A stretch of 64,000 nucleotides of DNA, from the NCBI GenBank assembly GCA_965222715.1, contig OZ244961.1:365458-429457 (forward strand), written 5' to 3'. This DNA comes from Minisyncoccota bacterium. GTDB lineage: Bacteria > Patescibacteriota > Minisyncoccia > Phycocordibacterales > JABMNX01. Of this stretch, positions 44,840 to 54,344 are shown in pieces. The position numbers and the translations under genes are program-made. Position 1 is the stretch's first letter, and each line of letters opens with the position of its first letter. The notes beneath the pieces are model-generated. The model worked only from the letters and a program-made list of their open reading frames with translations, made no database searches and had not been told where the DNA came from.

Positions 44840-44914
44840 CAGCGAGACAACTCACTTGTAACAAGTGGTTCGAAGCTATTCGCTTCTCACCTCTACCAAC
44901 TGAGCTAAGGTGGC
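44840..44914 (-). pseudogene. tRNA-Thr-derived fragment: leader + 5' acceptor + D-arm identical to tRNA-Thr, followed by rearranged non-tRNA sequence
   Basis: ATATACGCCACCTTAGCTCAGTTGGTAGAG shared with intact tRNA. Then GTGAGAAGCGAATAGCTTCGAACCACTTGTTACAAGTGAG. Shares GTGAGAAGYG...CTTCGAACCACTTGT with the other fragment. Confidence 0.5.
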
Positions 44915-44969
44915 GTATATTTCTGCTTTAACCTTCTACCACCTTGATAGGTGATCTATTGAAGTGTGC

Positions 44970-45362
44970 CTATTGTACAGTATCCTGAGAAGGTTTTTCA
45001 ACACTGTACTTGTGATTGCGAACCTCCTTAAGGAAAGATGAATTTGTGTGACCCCGCTTAATGCTCTTTTTTCTACGAGCGCCTTCAAGTACATGCATCA
45101 TCTTCCTTTCAACAAATCGAGCAGCGACCAGTATAAAGAATGCTACCTTCTTTACCAAGATATGATACCACTCAATGAATGTCGCATACTCAAAAGTAGG
45201 TATACGTCGGGTAATCATTTGCCAGAACGTAACCACATAGATGTCGAGTCTTTCTCGTACATGAGGAATAACACGTTCGCCTCGAGCTAGTTCCCAGTAA
45301 CGAAAACCTAAAAATAAGACGGTGCCTCCAAGTGAAGCAAGAAAAATGCTAATACTAAGCAT
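44970..45362 (-). CDS. Hypothetical small membrane protein (130 aa)
   Basis: Two TM helices, basic C-terminus. Downstream of tsf in same orientation. Confidence 0.45.
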   Translation of the reverse strand: MLSISIFLASLGGTVLFLGFRYWELARGERVIPHVRERLDIYVVTFWQMITRRIPTFEYATFIEWYHILVKKVAFFILVAARFVERKMMHVLEGARRKKSIKRGHTNSSFLKEVRNHKYSVEKPSQDTVQ

Positions 45363-45370
45363 AGAAATTA

Positions 45371-45949
45371 TTATACCGAGTAGCGAACGAAATCAGAAAC
45401 GACAATATTTTCGCCAAACTTTTGTGTTGCAGACTCAACAAGGTTCTTAATGGTGAGTGAAGGGTCTTTAATGAAGTCCTGTTCATATAAGATTTTCTCC
45501 TTAAGAAACGAATCAATCTTGCCTTCTAAGATTTTTGCCCGCATATCCTCTGGCTTATCTGCTACTTCTTTTGTAAACACCTCTCGTGCCGCCTGTATGT
45601 CCTCTTCTTTCACATCTTCACGTTGTGTAAATTGAGGGTGTGACGCTGCAATATGCATTGCTATATCACGTGCAAGCGCAACGAATTCATCGTTTTTTGC
45701 GACAAAATCAGTCTCGCACGAAAGGACTACCATAGCACCAACTTTTTTTGTGTTGTGAATATATGACTCAACGACTCCAGCACCAAGTTCGCGATCAGAC
45801 TTCTTTGCAGCAACATCACTTCCTTTTTTACGAAGCAGTACTTTAGCTTGCTCCATATCACCATTAGCCTCTTCAAGTGCTTTTTTGCACTGCATTACAG
45901 ACACGCCTGTAAGGTCTCGAAGTTCTTTAATTTGTTCTGTGCTTGCCAT
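45371..45949 (-). CDS. tsf: Elongation factor Ts
   Basis: N-terminal UBA-like MASTEQIKELRDLTGVSVMQCKKALEEANGDMEQA. Start set at MASTEQ. Confidence 0.92.
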   Translation of the reverse strand: MASTEQIKELRDLTGVSVMQCKKALEEANGDMEQAKVLLRKKGSDVAAKKSDRELGAGVVESYIHNTKKVGAMVVLSCETDFVAKNDEFVALARDIAMHIAASHPQFTQREDVKEEDIQAAREVFTKEVADKPEDMRAKILEGKIDSFLKEKILYEQDFIKDPSLTIKNLVESATQKFGENIVVSDFVRYSV

Positions 45950-45981
45950 ATCTAAAAACACTAGTTAGTTACTATATACTA

Positions 45982-46725
45982 TTATGCTGCTTTCTTTACA
46001 GCTTGAAGATTCTTCTTATACATCTCAGCAACTTTTCCTACAAAGAAAGAGATGCTTTTTACTGATGCGTCATTAGCAAGAATTGGGTACGTTGCTGTGC
46101 TGGTATCACAATCTGAATTCATAAGGCTAATGACAGGAATACCAAGTTTTTGAGCCTCTTCAACTGCTATACTTTCACGTCGTGTATCAACAATAAACAA
46201 TGCTCCAGGAAGCTCTTTCATAGCAACGAGGCCACCAAACGCATCCTCGAGTGATTCAATTTCTCGACTCAAAAGAAGTTGTTCTCGTTTAGTATATTTC
46301 TTTGCAAGTTCACCTTTTTCTTTTTCTTCAGTAAGTGTTTCAAATCGCTCAATACGCTTTTTTATTTCATCAAAATTTGTGAGAGTACCCCCAATCCATC
46401 GTTTTGTTACAAATGGCATATCAAGAGAAAGTGCAGCATTCCTAACCACTTCTCGCGCCTCATTTTTACCAGCAACAAAAAGAATGGTTTTTCTATTTTT
46501 AGCTAACTCAGCAACAAAAGAGAGCGCTTCGTTAAGAAGCTCTTTAGTTTTTTCAAGATCAAAAATCTCAACACCCTCTTTTGCACCAAAAATGTAAGGG
46601 GTTGTGGTCGGGTGTCGGCGTGACTTACTGTAGGCAAAGTGAGCTCCAACATCAAACATGCCCTGGATTGTTTCGTCTTTTGTAGTTGCTGCTTTTGTAT
46701 CTGTCATATGTAAAATCGTGCTCAC
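45982..46725 (-). CDS. rpsB: 30S ribosomal protein S2
   Basis: GAHFAYSKSRRHP..., LFIVDTRRESIAVEEAQKLGIPV. Confidence 0.95.
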   Translation of the reverse strand: MSTILHMTDTKAATTKDETIQGMFDVGAHFAYSKSRRHPTTTPYIFGAKEGVEIFDLEKTKELLNEALSFVAELAKNRKTILFVAGKNEAREVVRNAALSLDMPFVTKRWIGGTLTNFDEIKKRIERFETLTEEKEKGELAKKYTKREQLLLSREIESLEDAFGGLVAMKELPGALFIVDTRRESIAVEEAQKLGIPVISLMNSDCDTSTATYPILANDASVKSISFFVGKVAEMYKKNLQAVKKAA

Positions 46726-46791
46726 GCACGATACCCAAAGAGTCTACCAAATACTTCTCATGTATGCAATATAAGCAATATACTAGGCATA

Positions 46792-47766
46792 TTATTCCTC
46801 CTCACGCCCATTACTTTCTACTGCACTCTCGAGATCGTCTAAGATTTCTTCAATATTTCCACCAAGAACACGTTCGATATTCGACCACGATTTTTTTATA
46901 CGGTGGTCGGTAATGCGATCTTGAGGGAAATTATACGTGCGGATCTTCTCAGATCGATCTGCGGTACCAACCTGCTCTCGTCTTGCCGCTGATGTTTTTT
47001 CTGCAGCTTCCTCTTCTTTTAGCTGCTCGATTTTTGCCTGAAGGATACCAAGCGCTTTTTCTCGGTTCTTCTGTTGACTGCGCTCTGACGTACACCGCAC
47101 ATCAATACCTGTTGGCGTGTGTATAATGCGTACCGCTGTTTCTACTTTATTAACATTTTGCCCACCTGCGCCACCTGAACGAGAAAATTCTATTTCTAGG
47201 TCCGCTGGGTTAATTTCCACCTTTTTTTGTTTACGGATAGGAAGGATGGCGACTGAAGCTGTCGAGGTATGAATACGACCCTGCTTCTCAGTTGCAGGAA
47301 TACGCTGTACTCGATGTACACCGGTTTCAAATCGAAGCTCTTTGTAGACGTCTTTGCCTTTTACCTCCATAGACGCTTCTTTATATCCCCCAAGAGAGCT
47401 TCGTGATTCATTTATAATACGAGATTGCCAACCTTGTATCTCAGCATATTTTTGATACATGTGAAGTAATTCTTCTGCAAATAAAGCGGCTTCTTCCCCA
47501 CCAGCACCAGCACGAACTTCAAGAATAATTTCATTAGGAAATCGTACTTCTTCCTCATCCGCTTTCACAATCTGCTCCATTTGAGCAACAAGTGCATCTT
47601 TTTGTTCTTTGATACCCTCTAGCTCTTCTTGAGCAAGATCTTTCATAGATGGATCACTCAGCATGTCTTCAGTATTTTTCTCGCGCAAAACAAGCTGATC
47701 ATACTGATCAACCAAAAAAGCAGTTTTATGGTTACTTCTATACTCCTGTAGCGTTTCTTCTGTCAT
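46792..47766 (-). CDS. prfA: Peptide chain release factor 1
   Basis: PAT tripeptide context [14 protein letters not shown] (RF1-type) and GGQ motif [11 protein letters not shown]. Start set at MTEETLQEY. Confidence 0.9.
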   Translation of the reverse strand: MTEETLQEYRSNHKTAFLVDQYDQLVLREKNTEDMLSDPSMKDLAQEELEGIKEQKDALVAQMEQIVKADEEEVRFPNEIILEVRAGAGGEEAALFAEELLHMYQKYAEIQGWQSRIINESRSSLGGYKEASMEVKGKDVYKELRFETGVHRVQRIPATEKQGRIHTSTASVAILPIRKQKKVEINPADLEIEFSRSGGAGGQNVNKVETAVRIIHTPTGIDVRCTSERSQQKNREKALGILQAKIEQLKEEEAAEKTSAARREQVGTADRSEKIRTYNFPQDRITDHRIKKSWSNIERVLGGNIEEILDDLESAVESNGREEE

Positions 47767-47773
47767 ACACACA

Positions 47774-47810
47774 AAGACCCCTTACGTACTAGTACTCCAA
47801 GGGGTCTTTA
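47774..47810 (-). promoter_or_regulatory. 9-bp-stem hairpin between rpmE and prfA (possible attenuator/processing structure)
   Basis: agacccctt-acgtactagtactcc-aaggggtct. Confidence 0.3.
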
Positions 47811-47818
47811 AAACAAAG

Positions 47819-48097
47819 TTACTTCTTCGACTTCTGCTTAGATTGCGCTTCTGCTGCAGCTGCTCGTGCTTTGAATTTCTCAACACGCCCAGCAGTATCC
47901 ATCACCTTTTCTTTACCAGTATAAAATGGGTGCGATGCGCTTGAAATTTCAACAGTATAGAGTGGATATTCTTTTCCATCAGTCCAAGTATCTTTTTCTT
48001 CAGTTGAAACAGTTGAGCCAATAAGAAATCGCTCACCACTTGAACTGTCGTGGAAAATAACTGGTCGGTAATTATCTGGATGAATATCCTTTTTCAT
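47819..48097 (-). CDS. rpmE: 50S ribosomal protein L31 (type B, no zinc ligands)
   Basis: [29 protein letters not shown]... lacks CxxC pairs. Confidence 0.9.
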   Translation of the reverse strand: MKKDIHPDNYRPVIFHDSSSGERFLIGSTVSTEEKDTWTDGKEYPLYTVEISSASHPFYTGKEKVMDTAGRVEKFKARAAAAEAQSKQKSKK

Positions 48098-48162
48098 ATG
48101 TGGCGACTAGAATACCAGAGAAATTCATGCCTTGCAATACAGTAGACACAAGGGTGTGGTTG

Positions 48163-49542
48163 CTACGACGCCTCAAGTACGTCAATAAGTGATTGATATT
48201 TTGCAGCAAGCTCCATCACTCCTTCTCCATAAAAATCATATGCTGGATTCTTTGCATTGGTCCAACCAGCAAAATAACGGAGTGCCGCAAGTTTTTCTGC
48301 TGCTCGTGTTCCTCGGTCGGCACCATTATCCATCATCAGCAATGCTGACGCAATGAAAGCTGTTCGTGGGTCCCATGGGTTTGGTGGATTCTGACCACTC
48401 GCCTTTGCGATACGTGATTTATACAAAATCCATGTAGATGGAATAAACTGTGCAGGGCCCATAGCGCCGCCGTAGCCATATGACGGTGGACAAGAAACAA
48501 CCTGCCCATATGGGTTAATACCAAGCTCTTCGGTAACTGCAAAGAATGGATCCACATCACGAGTCGGCTTCATAACACCAGCAAAATATCTACCCGTGTT
48601 CACCCCTCGTCCATCTCCTTTTCGTGGTTCATTAGTGATGAGACACTGTCCAACGTTCTCACCAAGATTCGACTCTTGTGCAATCACACCAAGAACTAAT
48701 GCTGGGCGAACCCCCGTGACCTTTGAAGCTTCGAGAGCATATTGATACGCTTCAGCAAATGGAATTGGTGCTGAACCCCGAAGAGTAAAGAGTTCTGCGC
48801 GAATATCTGCAGCTGATTTTTGCTTCTCAGTAATGAGCGCTTGGTATGCTGCCTCCTCACCCTTGGTAATGTTAAGAATTTCTCTTCGCTCTCTCTCACG
48901 TGCTTCTATTTTTTGCTTTTCAAGCTCTTGAATCTGACGAAGTTCTTCTTCAGCTGCACGACGGTTCTCTAGAACAACCTTTTGTTCTTCAGTAACATCT
49001 TTTGTGAATGCAATTTCAGTAAATGAATCATTGAGCCCCGCCTTTATCGCATCAAAATTATCAAGATCTTCAAAGAAATCAGAAATATCTTGATTTCCCA
49101 AAATAACCTCAGCAAGCGAATAATCGTCTATTTCATTTGTTCGCCTGATAAGCTGAGCGAGAGATTCTTTTTCTCGTTGTAACTCTTTGTTTAAACTCCC
49201 AATAGTTTCTTCTTTACCATTAATATCCTGCGAGATGCGTTCTATCTCAAGATTTCGTGCGCGAATTGATAGTCGTGCTTTTTGAATTTGCGCATCAAGA
49301 ATGGCAACGTCACGTTCTAGTGAAACACGCTCGCGCTGTTTGTCTTCAAGCAACACTCGTTGTGCTTCAACCTCTTTCTCAATCTGTGCAAGTTCAGCCT
49401 CAAGCTGTGCCCGACGCTGCGCCACTTGCTCATCTGCACTCTGAGCATGAAGAGGAGTTATGGGAGTAGCAGAAAGAAGCGCACTACCAAGAAGTGCAGT
49501 AAGTACTAGATACGAGAGCGGCCGCACGAGTATTTTCATCAC
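48163..49542 (-). CDS. Secreted peptidoglycan lytic transglycosylase (SLT domain) with long N-terminal coiled-coil region
   Basis: Signal peptide. ~250 aa of heptad-rich sequence. C-terminal VIAQESNLGEN... GAMGPAQFIPSTW (SLT catalytic Glu and GxMQ-F-PsT motif). Confidence 0.7.
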   Translation of the reverse strand: MMKILVRPLSYLVLTALLGSALLSATPITPLHAQSADEQVAQRRAQLEAELAQIEKEVEAQRVLLEDKQRERVSLERDVAILDAQIQKARLSIRARNLEIERISQDINGKEETIGSLNKELQREKESLAQLIRRTNEIDDYSLAEVILGNQDISDFFEDLDNFDAIKAGLNDSFTEIAFTKDVTEEQKVVLENRRAAEEELRQIQELEKQKIEARERERREILNITKGEEAAYQALITEKQKSAADIRAELFTLRGSAPIPFAEAYQYALEASKVTGVRPALVLGVIAQESNLGENVGQCLITNEPRKGDGRGVNTGRYFAGVMKPTRDVDPFFAVTEELGINPYGQVVSCPPSYGYGGAMGPAQFIPSTWILYKSRIAKASGQNPPNPWDPRTAFIASALLMMDNGADRGTRAAEKLAALRYFAGWTNAKNPAYDFYGEGVMELAAKYQSLIDVLEAS

Positions 49543-49635
49543 TACTTAGTATACAACCTCTCGTATCACCGAATCAAACACATAACCCACGTAGTACCGT
49601 GGGTTATGTTCGTTCTTTAGTGAGTAAGCTACACA

Positions 49636-50298
49636 CTACTCTTCTTTTGCATCTCCACCCTCATCTGCTGGGTCTTCCTCATCTTTCTTGCCTTTCTTTT
49701 CAACTTCGATATCCTCAATTGATGGTTGTTCATCATCTGTCTCCTCTTCTTCTTTTGCTTCATTTACAAGTGCAACAGTTTCTTCAGGATCAGTAACCAA
49801 TTCAGCTCCCTCAGGAATGGCAATGTCTTTAGCGTGAATGCTCTTTTCAAAATCAGTAAGTATTGAAACGTCTACTTCAATTTCATGCGGCAAATCTTTT
49901 GGCAATACCTCAATTTCAATTTCGTGTAGTGCTTTTACTAACACACCACCAAGTTCTTTTACTGCAGGGGCAGTACCAATGAACTCAAGAGGAACTTTTA
50001 CTGACACCTTTTTACCTTTCTCCATAACATAAAAATCAGCGTGCTGTGGCTTTCCAGTTACTGGATGCACGTGAACTTCGTGAATAAGTGCCTCAACATC
50101 AATCCCGTCACCTTTAAGCTCGATCACTGTTGATTCACCGGCTGTGTCCCAAAGCTTTTTAAACTCATCAACATTAATAGCAATTGGTGTTGACTCTTCT
50201 TTAGGACCATAAAAAACCGCGGGCATCTCGCTGCCGCCACGAAGTTCTTTGAGGGATTTTTTACCCGCTCGTTTTCTGACCTGTAGTGTCTCTGTCAT
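49636..50298 (-). CDS. rplY: 50S ribosomal protein L25 / general stress protein Ctc with acidic C-terminal tail
   Basis: MTETLQVRKRAGKKSLKELRGGSEMPAVFYGPKE... Confidence 0.85.
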   Translation of the reverse strand: MTETLQVRKRAGKKSLKELRGGSEMPAVFYGPKEESTPIAINVDEFKKLWDTAGESTVIELKGDGIDVEALIHEVHVHPVTGKPQHADFYVMEKGKKVSVKVPLEFIGTAPAVKELGGVLVKALHEIEIEVLPKDLPHEIEVDVSILTDFEKSIHAKDIAIPEGAELVTDPEETVALVNEAKEEEETDDEQPSIEDIEVEKKGKKDEEDPADEGGDAKEE

Positions 50299-50344
50299 AT
50301 AGCACAGTAGTATACGTATTTTTCTAGAAAAATCAATTGCCGCT

Positions 50345-50590
50345 TTGCATCACCCGCACGCGAGCATGTATAGTAAATGTAGTGAATATTGGTGGAGTAT
50401 CGACATACTTATCCTAATCCTAGGCATAAAAGAAATCACCTCAGTCTTTCTTGGCTACATCATTATGTGTGCCATTGTGCTGTTTCTTCTAAGTGCTGTT
50501 CCTTGCGCCTGGCTATACAACAACTATCACAGAAGGAGGAGTAAAAGAAACTTCAAAAATAAAATATGCTCTTCAACCCTACCCACCTAA
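50345..50590 (+). CDS. Small hypothetical membrane protein (81 aa)
   Basis: Two hydrophobic helices, basic tail. Followed by plus-strand terminator gcgtcatg-gaga-catgacgc + T8 at 50600-50629. Confidence 0.35.
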   Translation: MHHPHASMYSKCSEYWWSIDILILILGIKEITSVFLGYIIMCAIVLFLLSAVPCAWLYNNYHRRRSKRNFKNKICSSTLPT

Positions 50591-50599
50591 GGTAAACGT

Positions 50600-50629
50600 G
50601 CGTCATGGAGACATGACGCATTCTTTTTT
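50600..50629 (+). terminator. Intrinsic terminator downstream of small plus-strand ORF
   Basis: 8-bp GC-rich stem, GAGA loop, ATTCTTTTTTA. Confidence 0.55.
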
Positions 50630-51590
50630 ACTTAACTACATGCTCTGGAGTAACTCCTTTTGCGTGATCAATAATGCTTTGAGCTGCCATTTCAGCCATC
50701 TTGCCTCGAGTCTCTTCTGTTGCTGAAGCAATGTGCGGAGTAATAACCACATTCTCGAGCTCAGAAAGTCCAGAAGCAAGTTGCGGCTCATCTTCAAACA
50801 CATCAAGTGCTGCACCTTTTATTTTTTTATCGGTAAGCACCTCAACAAGAGCGCTCTCATCAATCACCGGGCCACGAGAAGAGTTTATTAAGTACGCTCC
50901 CTTTTTCATCTTAAGAAGCCGTTCTTTGTTTAATAAGTGTCGTGTTGTATCAAGAAGCGGCACATGTACAGTAACTACATCAGCGACCTCAAGTACCTCG
51001 TCAACAGTAGCTTTAAATTCCGCATGATACTCTTTTTCAAACTCATCGTTTTGTTTGATGTCGTAGTAACAGATGTTCATTCCTAAACCATGAGATGCAA
51101 TGTGTGCGACACGCTGTCCAATACGTCCCGCACCAAGAATACCAAGCGTCTTACCCTTAAGATCAGTACCGAGTAGTAATAGTGGTGCCCACCCATCATA
51201 TTTTCCCGCACGGGTAAATCGATCTCCTTCGGCAATACGTGATGTTATTGAGAGCATGAGCGCTACTGTGTGCTCAGCAACGGTTTCAGTAAGCACTCCA
51301 GGGGTGTTGGTAATAGTAATACCGCGACGCTTTGCCTCTTCTACATCAATATTGTTGTACCCAACGGCATAATTTGAAAATATTTTTGCTTCCGGTGCTG
51401 CATCAAACACCTCAGCATCAATTGTATCAGTGAGAAGACAGAGGACTGCTTCATACGTGTCTTTTTTAAGTGCATCAACAAGCTCACCTTTTGTAAGTAC
51501 TCCATCTTTTTCACTTACCACAACAGAGTGACCTGCTTCTTTTAGTTTAGTAATACCAATCTCAGGAATAGCACGAGTAACAAAAATCTT
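50628..51590 (-). CDS. D-isomer-specific 2-hydroxyacid dehydrogenase family (glyoxylate/hydroxypyruvate reductase or phosphoglycerate-dehydrogenase-like)
   Basis: NAD-binding GILGAGRIGQRVA, catalytic region SSRGPVIDE..ALDVFEDEP. Start set at MKIFVTR. Confidence 0.85.
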   Translation of the reverse strand, partial: KIFVTRAIPEIGITKLKEAGHSVVVSEKDGVLTKGELVDALKKDTYEAVLCLLTDTIDAEVFDAAPEAKIFSNYAVGYNNIDVEEAKRRGITITNTPGVLTETVAEHTVALMLSITSRIAEGDRFTRAGKYDGWAPLLLLGTDLKGKTLGILGAGRIGQRVAHIASHGLGMNICYYDIKQNDEFEKEYHAEFKATVDEVLEVADVVTVHVPLLDTTRHLLNKERLLKMKKGAYLINSSRGPVIDESALVEVLTDKKIKGAALDVFEDEPQLASGLSELENVVITPHIASATEETRGKMAEMAAQSIIDHAKGVTPEHVVK

Positions 51591-51597
51591 CATAAAT

Positions 51598-52461
51598 TTA
51601 GGTGTTAGTGAATAATCGCAGTCGCTCTTCGACAACACGAGATACTTCTTCTACTCCTTTCTTCATAAAACGATATGGTGCAATTTCTTCAGGATTCTCT
51701 TCTAGCCCAGCTTCAATTCCCTTGCGGTATGCAACACGAATCTCAGTGTTGATGTGCACAATTGACATACCAGCTTCAATAGCTTCTCTAAAATCTTTAT
51801 CACTAATACCCGAGCCTCCGTGAAGCACCATAGGTACACCACCTGCTTTACGTAAGCGTTGTATTTGTAGAATGTTTAATTCAGGATTTTTACCTCCCTT
51901 CAACATGCCGTGAAGGTTCCCCACAGCTGGGGCAATGAGGTCAACTCCTGTTTCTTTCACGTACTGCGCAATCTGCTCTTCTGTAGTAACAGCTCCCTCG
52001 GGATCAACTCCTTCTGGGAGCTCTTCAAGCATTTTTGAAGACGAACCAATGTAGCCAATCTCTCCTTCAACAAGGATGTCTGGGTTTACACTTTTTGCAT
52101 ACGTAACCGCCTCCTTTGTTTGTTTAATATTTTCCTCTAGTGGAAGCTTTACTCCATCAAAAATTACTGCGTCATATCCCGCATCAACTGCCTCTCGTAT
52201 TCGCCCAACTGAATATGTATGGTCTGCATTAAGAAAAATAGGATAGTCATATTCTTCACGCAAACTCTGTACCAGTGCAACAATCTGACGAACACCAATA
52301 AAATCACGTTCACCTTCTGAAGTACCAATAATTATGGGAACATTGAGCTTCCGAGCGGCGTTAAAAATGGCATGCAACTGCTCAGTGTCTGAAACATTAA
52401 AATGACCAAGGGCACTGTTGTTCTCTTCGGCTTCTAAAATATATTCTCGTAGTGTTTTCAT
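51598..52461 (-). CDS. fba: Class II fructose-1,6-bisphosphate aldolase (FbaA/tagatose-bisphosphate aldolase family)
   Basis: ALGHFNVSD, NADHTYS, VLHGGSGI, SIVHINTEIR motifs. Confidence 0.9.
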   Translation of the reverse strand: MKTLREYILEAEENNSALGHFNVSDTEQLHAIFNAARKLNVPIIIGTSEGERDFIGVRQIVALVQSLREEYDYPIFLNADHTYSVGRIREAVDAGYDAVIFDGVKLPLEENIKQTKEAVTYAKSVNPDILVEGEIGYIGSSSKMLEELPEGVDPEGAVTTEEQIAQYVKETGVDLIAPAVGNLHGMLKGGKNPELNILQIQRLRKAGGVPMVLHGGSGISDKDFREAIEAGMSIVHINTEIRVAYRKGIEAGLEENPEEIAPYRFMKKGVEEVSRVVEERLRLFTNT

Positions 52462-52579
52462 ATTGTACTTATGTATTGTAGCAAAAAAGGTTTCCAGGAA
52501 CGCCTATACCTTCTCCACACCCAATTACAGCATGTAAAAAGAAAGCGACCTTCAACATAAGGCCGCTTACGGGAGTCTG

Positions 52580-52813
52580 TTAATCAAGAATTTTGATTTC
52601 GAACATGGGATCTTGGTGGAAGACGTTTTGTGCACATTCAGGAAGTGGTGTCCCATCTTCTCTGCAGACATTCAAACTATCATTAAGGAGAAGTACCGTG
52701 TCGTGACTCACCCCCTCAACATCTTCTGGGATGTCTCCTAGAAGTGTAAATGTCTGGCCTGGAACTACGCAGTAGAAATAGTCGGGGTCTTCTTCAGACT
52801 GTTGTGTATTCAT
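52580..52813 (-). CDS. Hypothetical small acidic protein
   Basis: ORF starting at MNTQQSEED; no known motif. Confidence 0.3.
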   Translation of the reverse strand: MNTQQSEEDPDYFYCVVPGQTFTLLGDIPEDVEGVSHDTVLLLNDSLNVCREDGTPLPECAQNVFHQDPMFEIKILD

Positions 52814-52927
52814 GAGTACCTCTTCTTGCCACCTTCTTGCCAAAAGGGTTCTTAAAAGACTGTGCAGTCTACTGTGTGTAATATCAGAACATGTATCGTA
52901 AATCAAGTATGGTACTATACGTACTAT

Positions 52928-53920
52928 ATGAAAGAACTTGATTTTGTAGGGGTGGGTGACATTACCACCGATGCGTTTATACGACTCAAAGATGCTCGAG
53001 TTAATTGTGACATCAACGATGAGAACTGCACACTCTGTGTTGATTTTGGTGCAAAGATTCCCTACGAATCGGTAACTGAAGTACCTGCAGTTGGAAATAG
53101 TCCAAATGCGTCAGTGTCAGCGTACCGCTTAGGGCTTACCTCTGCCCTTGTAACCTCAATGGGAGATGACCGAAATGGTGAGGATATGCTTACGCAGCTT
53201 ACTAACGAGGGAATTAATACCGAGTACGTTACTGTTGAAAAAGGAAAGGAATCGAACTATCACTATGTACTTCAATATGAGGCTGAACGAACTATTCTTG
53301 TGAAGCACCACGAGTATACGTATTCACTTCCAACATTTGAGAGGCCACCACAATGGATGTATCTTTCATCTTTGGGTGAAAACTCAATACCGTATCATCA
53401 TGACATTGCACGGTACATTAAAGAAAACCCTGATATCAAACTAGCATTCCAACCAGGAACGTTTCAAATTAAACTTGGTGCTGAAACACTGAAAGACATT
53501 TATGAAGTGTCCGAACTATTCTTCTGTAACAAACAAGAGGCGCAGTCTATTCTAAAAACTGATGAGGGTGATATGAAAAAATTACTTTCAGGTATGCGAG
53601 CACTTGGCCCCCGTATCGCTATTATTACTGATGGACCCAAGGGGGCGTATGCTGACAATGGTGAAGGTGTTTGGCATATGCCAATGTATCCTGACCCGAA
53701 ACCACCAGTTGATCGGACTGGTGCTGGAGATTCATTTTCTTCAACGGTAACCTCAATGCTTGCTCTTGGTATGACACTTCCAGAGGCACTTGAGCGTGGA
53801 CCTATCAATTCAATGTCTGTAGTACAACATATTGGCGCACAGAAAGGATTACTTACACGTGAGGAACTTGAGAGGTACTTAGAAGAGCGACCTACTGACT
53901 ACGTAGTGTCTGAACTATGA
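52928..53920 (+). CDS. PfkB-family carbohydrate kinase (ribokinase-like sugar kinase)
   Basis: N-terminal GVGDITTD, C-terminal anion-hole DRTGAGDSFSSTV. Start set at MKELDF. Confidence 0.8.
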   Translation: MKELDFVGVGDITTDAFIRLKDARVNCDINDENCTLCVDFGAKIPYESVTEVPAVGNSPNASVSAYRLGLTSALVTSMGDDRNGEDMLTQLTNEGINTEYVTVEKGKESNYHYVLQYEAERTILVKHHEYTYSLPTFERPPQWMYLSSLGENSIPYHHDIARYIKENPDIKLAFQPGTFQIKLGAETLKDIYEVSELFFCNKQEAQSILKTDEGDMKKLLSGMRALGPRIAIITDGPKGAYADNGEGVWHMPMYPDPKPPVDRTGAGDSFSSTVTSMLALGMTLPEALERGPINSMSVVQHIGAQKGLLTREELERYLEERPTDYVVSEL

Positions 53921-53947
53921 TGCAAAAATGGCTCTATAAAGGCATGA

Positions 53948-53973
53948 AAAACGCCAAGGGTACCCTTGGCGTT
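53948..53973. terminator. Intrinsic terminator, copy 5 of recurring palindrome
   Basis: aaaaacgccaagggtacccttggcgtttttt after kinase gene. Confidence 0.7.
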
Positions 53974-54067
53974 TTTTGTAGTGTGTATGCTGGTGGATAT
54001 ATGAATAATTTGACAAATGGTATTTATATATGATATAATTTTACTAGTTTTAGTAATGTGCTGAGAC

Positions 54068-54304
54068 TTGGAAAGGAGTAAAGACATGCGTGACGCAATA
54101 TCCGCACTTGCTTACACCATTTTCGGCATTCTTTTGACGGGCGCAGTAGTTGTCGGGATTATCTTTTATCTCGACTTCCTGTCAGTTCTCTCCACAGGAC
54201 TCGGAAAGTGGTTCATGATCATCATACTAGAAGCTGGCGGGATCACTGGCTTGTGCCTCTGGTGTAAACGGTACGACAAAGTCAACTATGGCAGCGAGGT
54301 GTGA
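54068..54304 (+). CDS. Small hypothetical membrane protein (2 TM)
   Basis: ORF with AISALAYTIFGILLTGAVVVGIIFYL and FMIIILEAGGITGLCLW helices. Confidence 0.4.
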   Translation: MERSKDMRDAISALAYTIFGILLTGAVVVGIIFYLDFLSVLSTGLGKWFMIIILEAGGITGLCLWCKRYDKVNYGSEV

Positions 54305-54344
54305 AATACAACTTCGCTGTTTTTCTTTACTTAATATAACAGAC

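Noticed and set aside
49583-49604. Hairpin aacccacg-tagtac-cgtgggtt between rplY and the SLT gene
   Set aside because: No convincing U-tract on the coding (minus) strand. Could be a weak terminator or just a palindrome; not reported as a feature.
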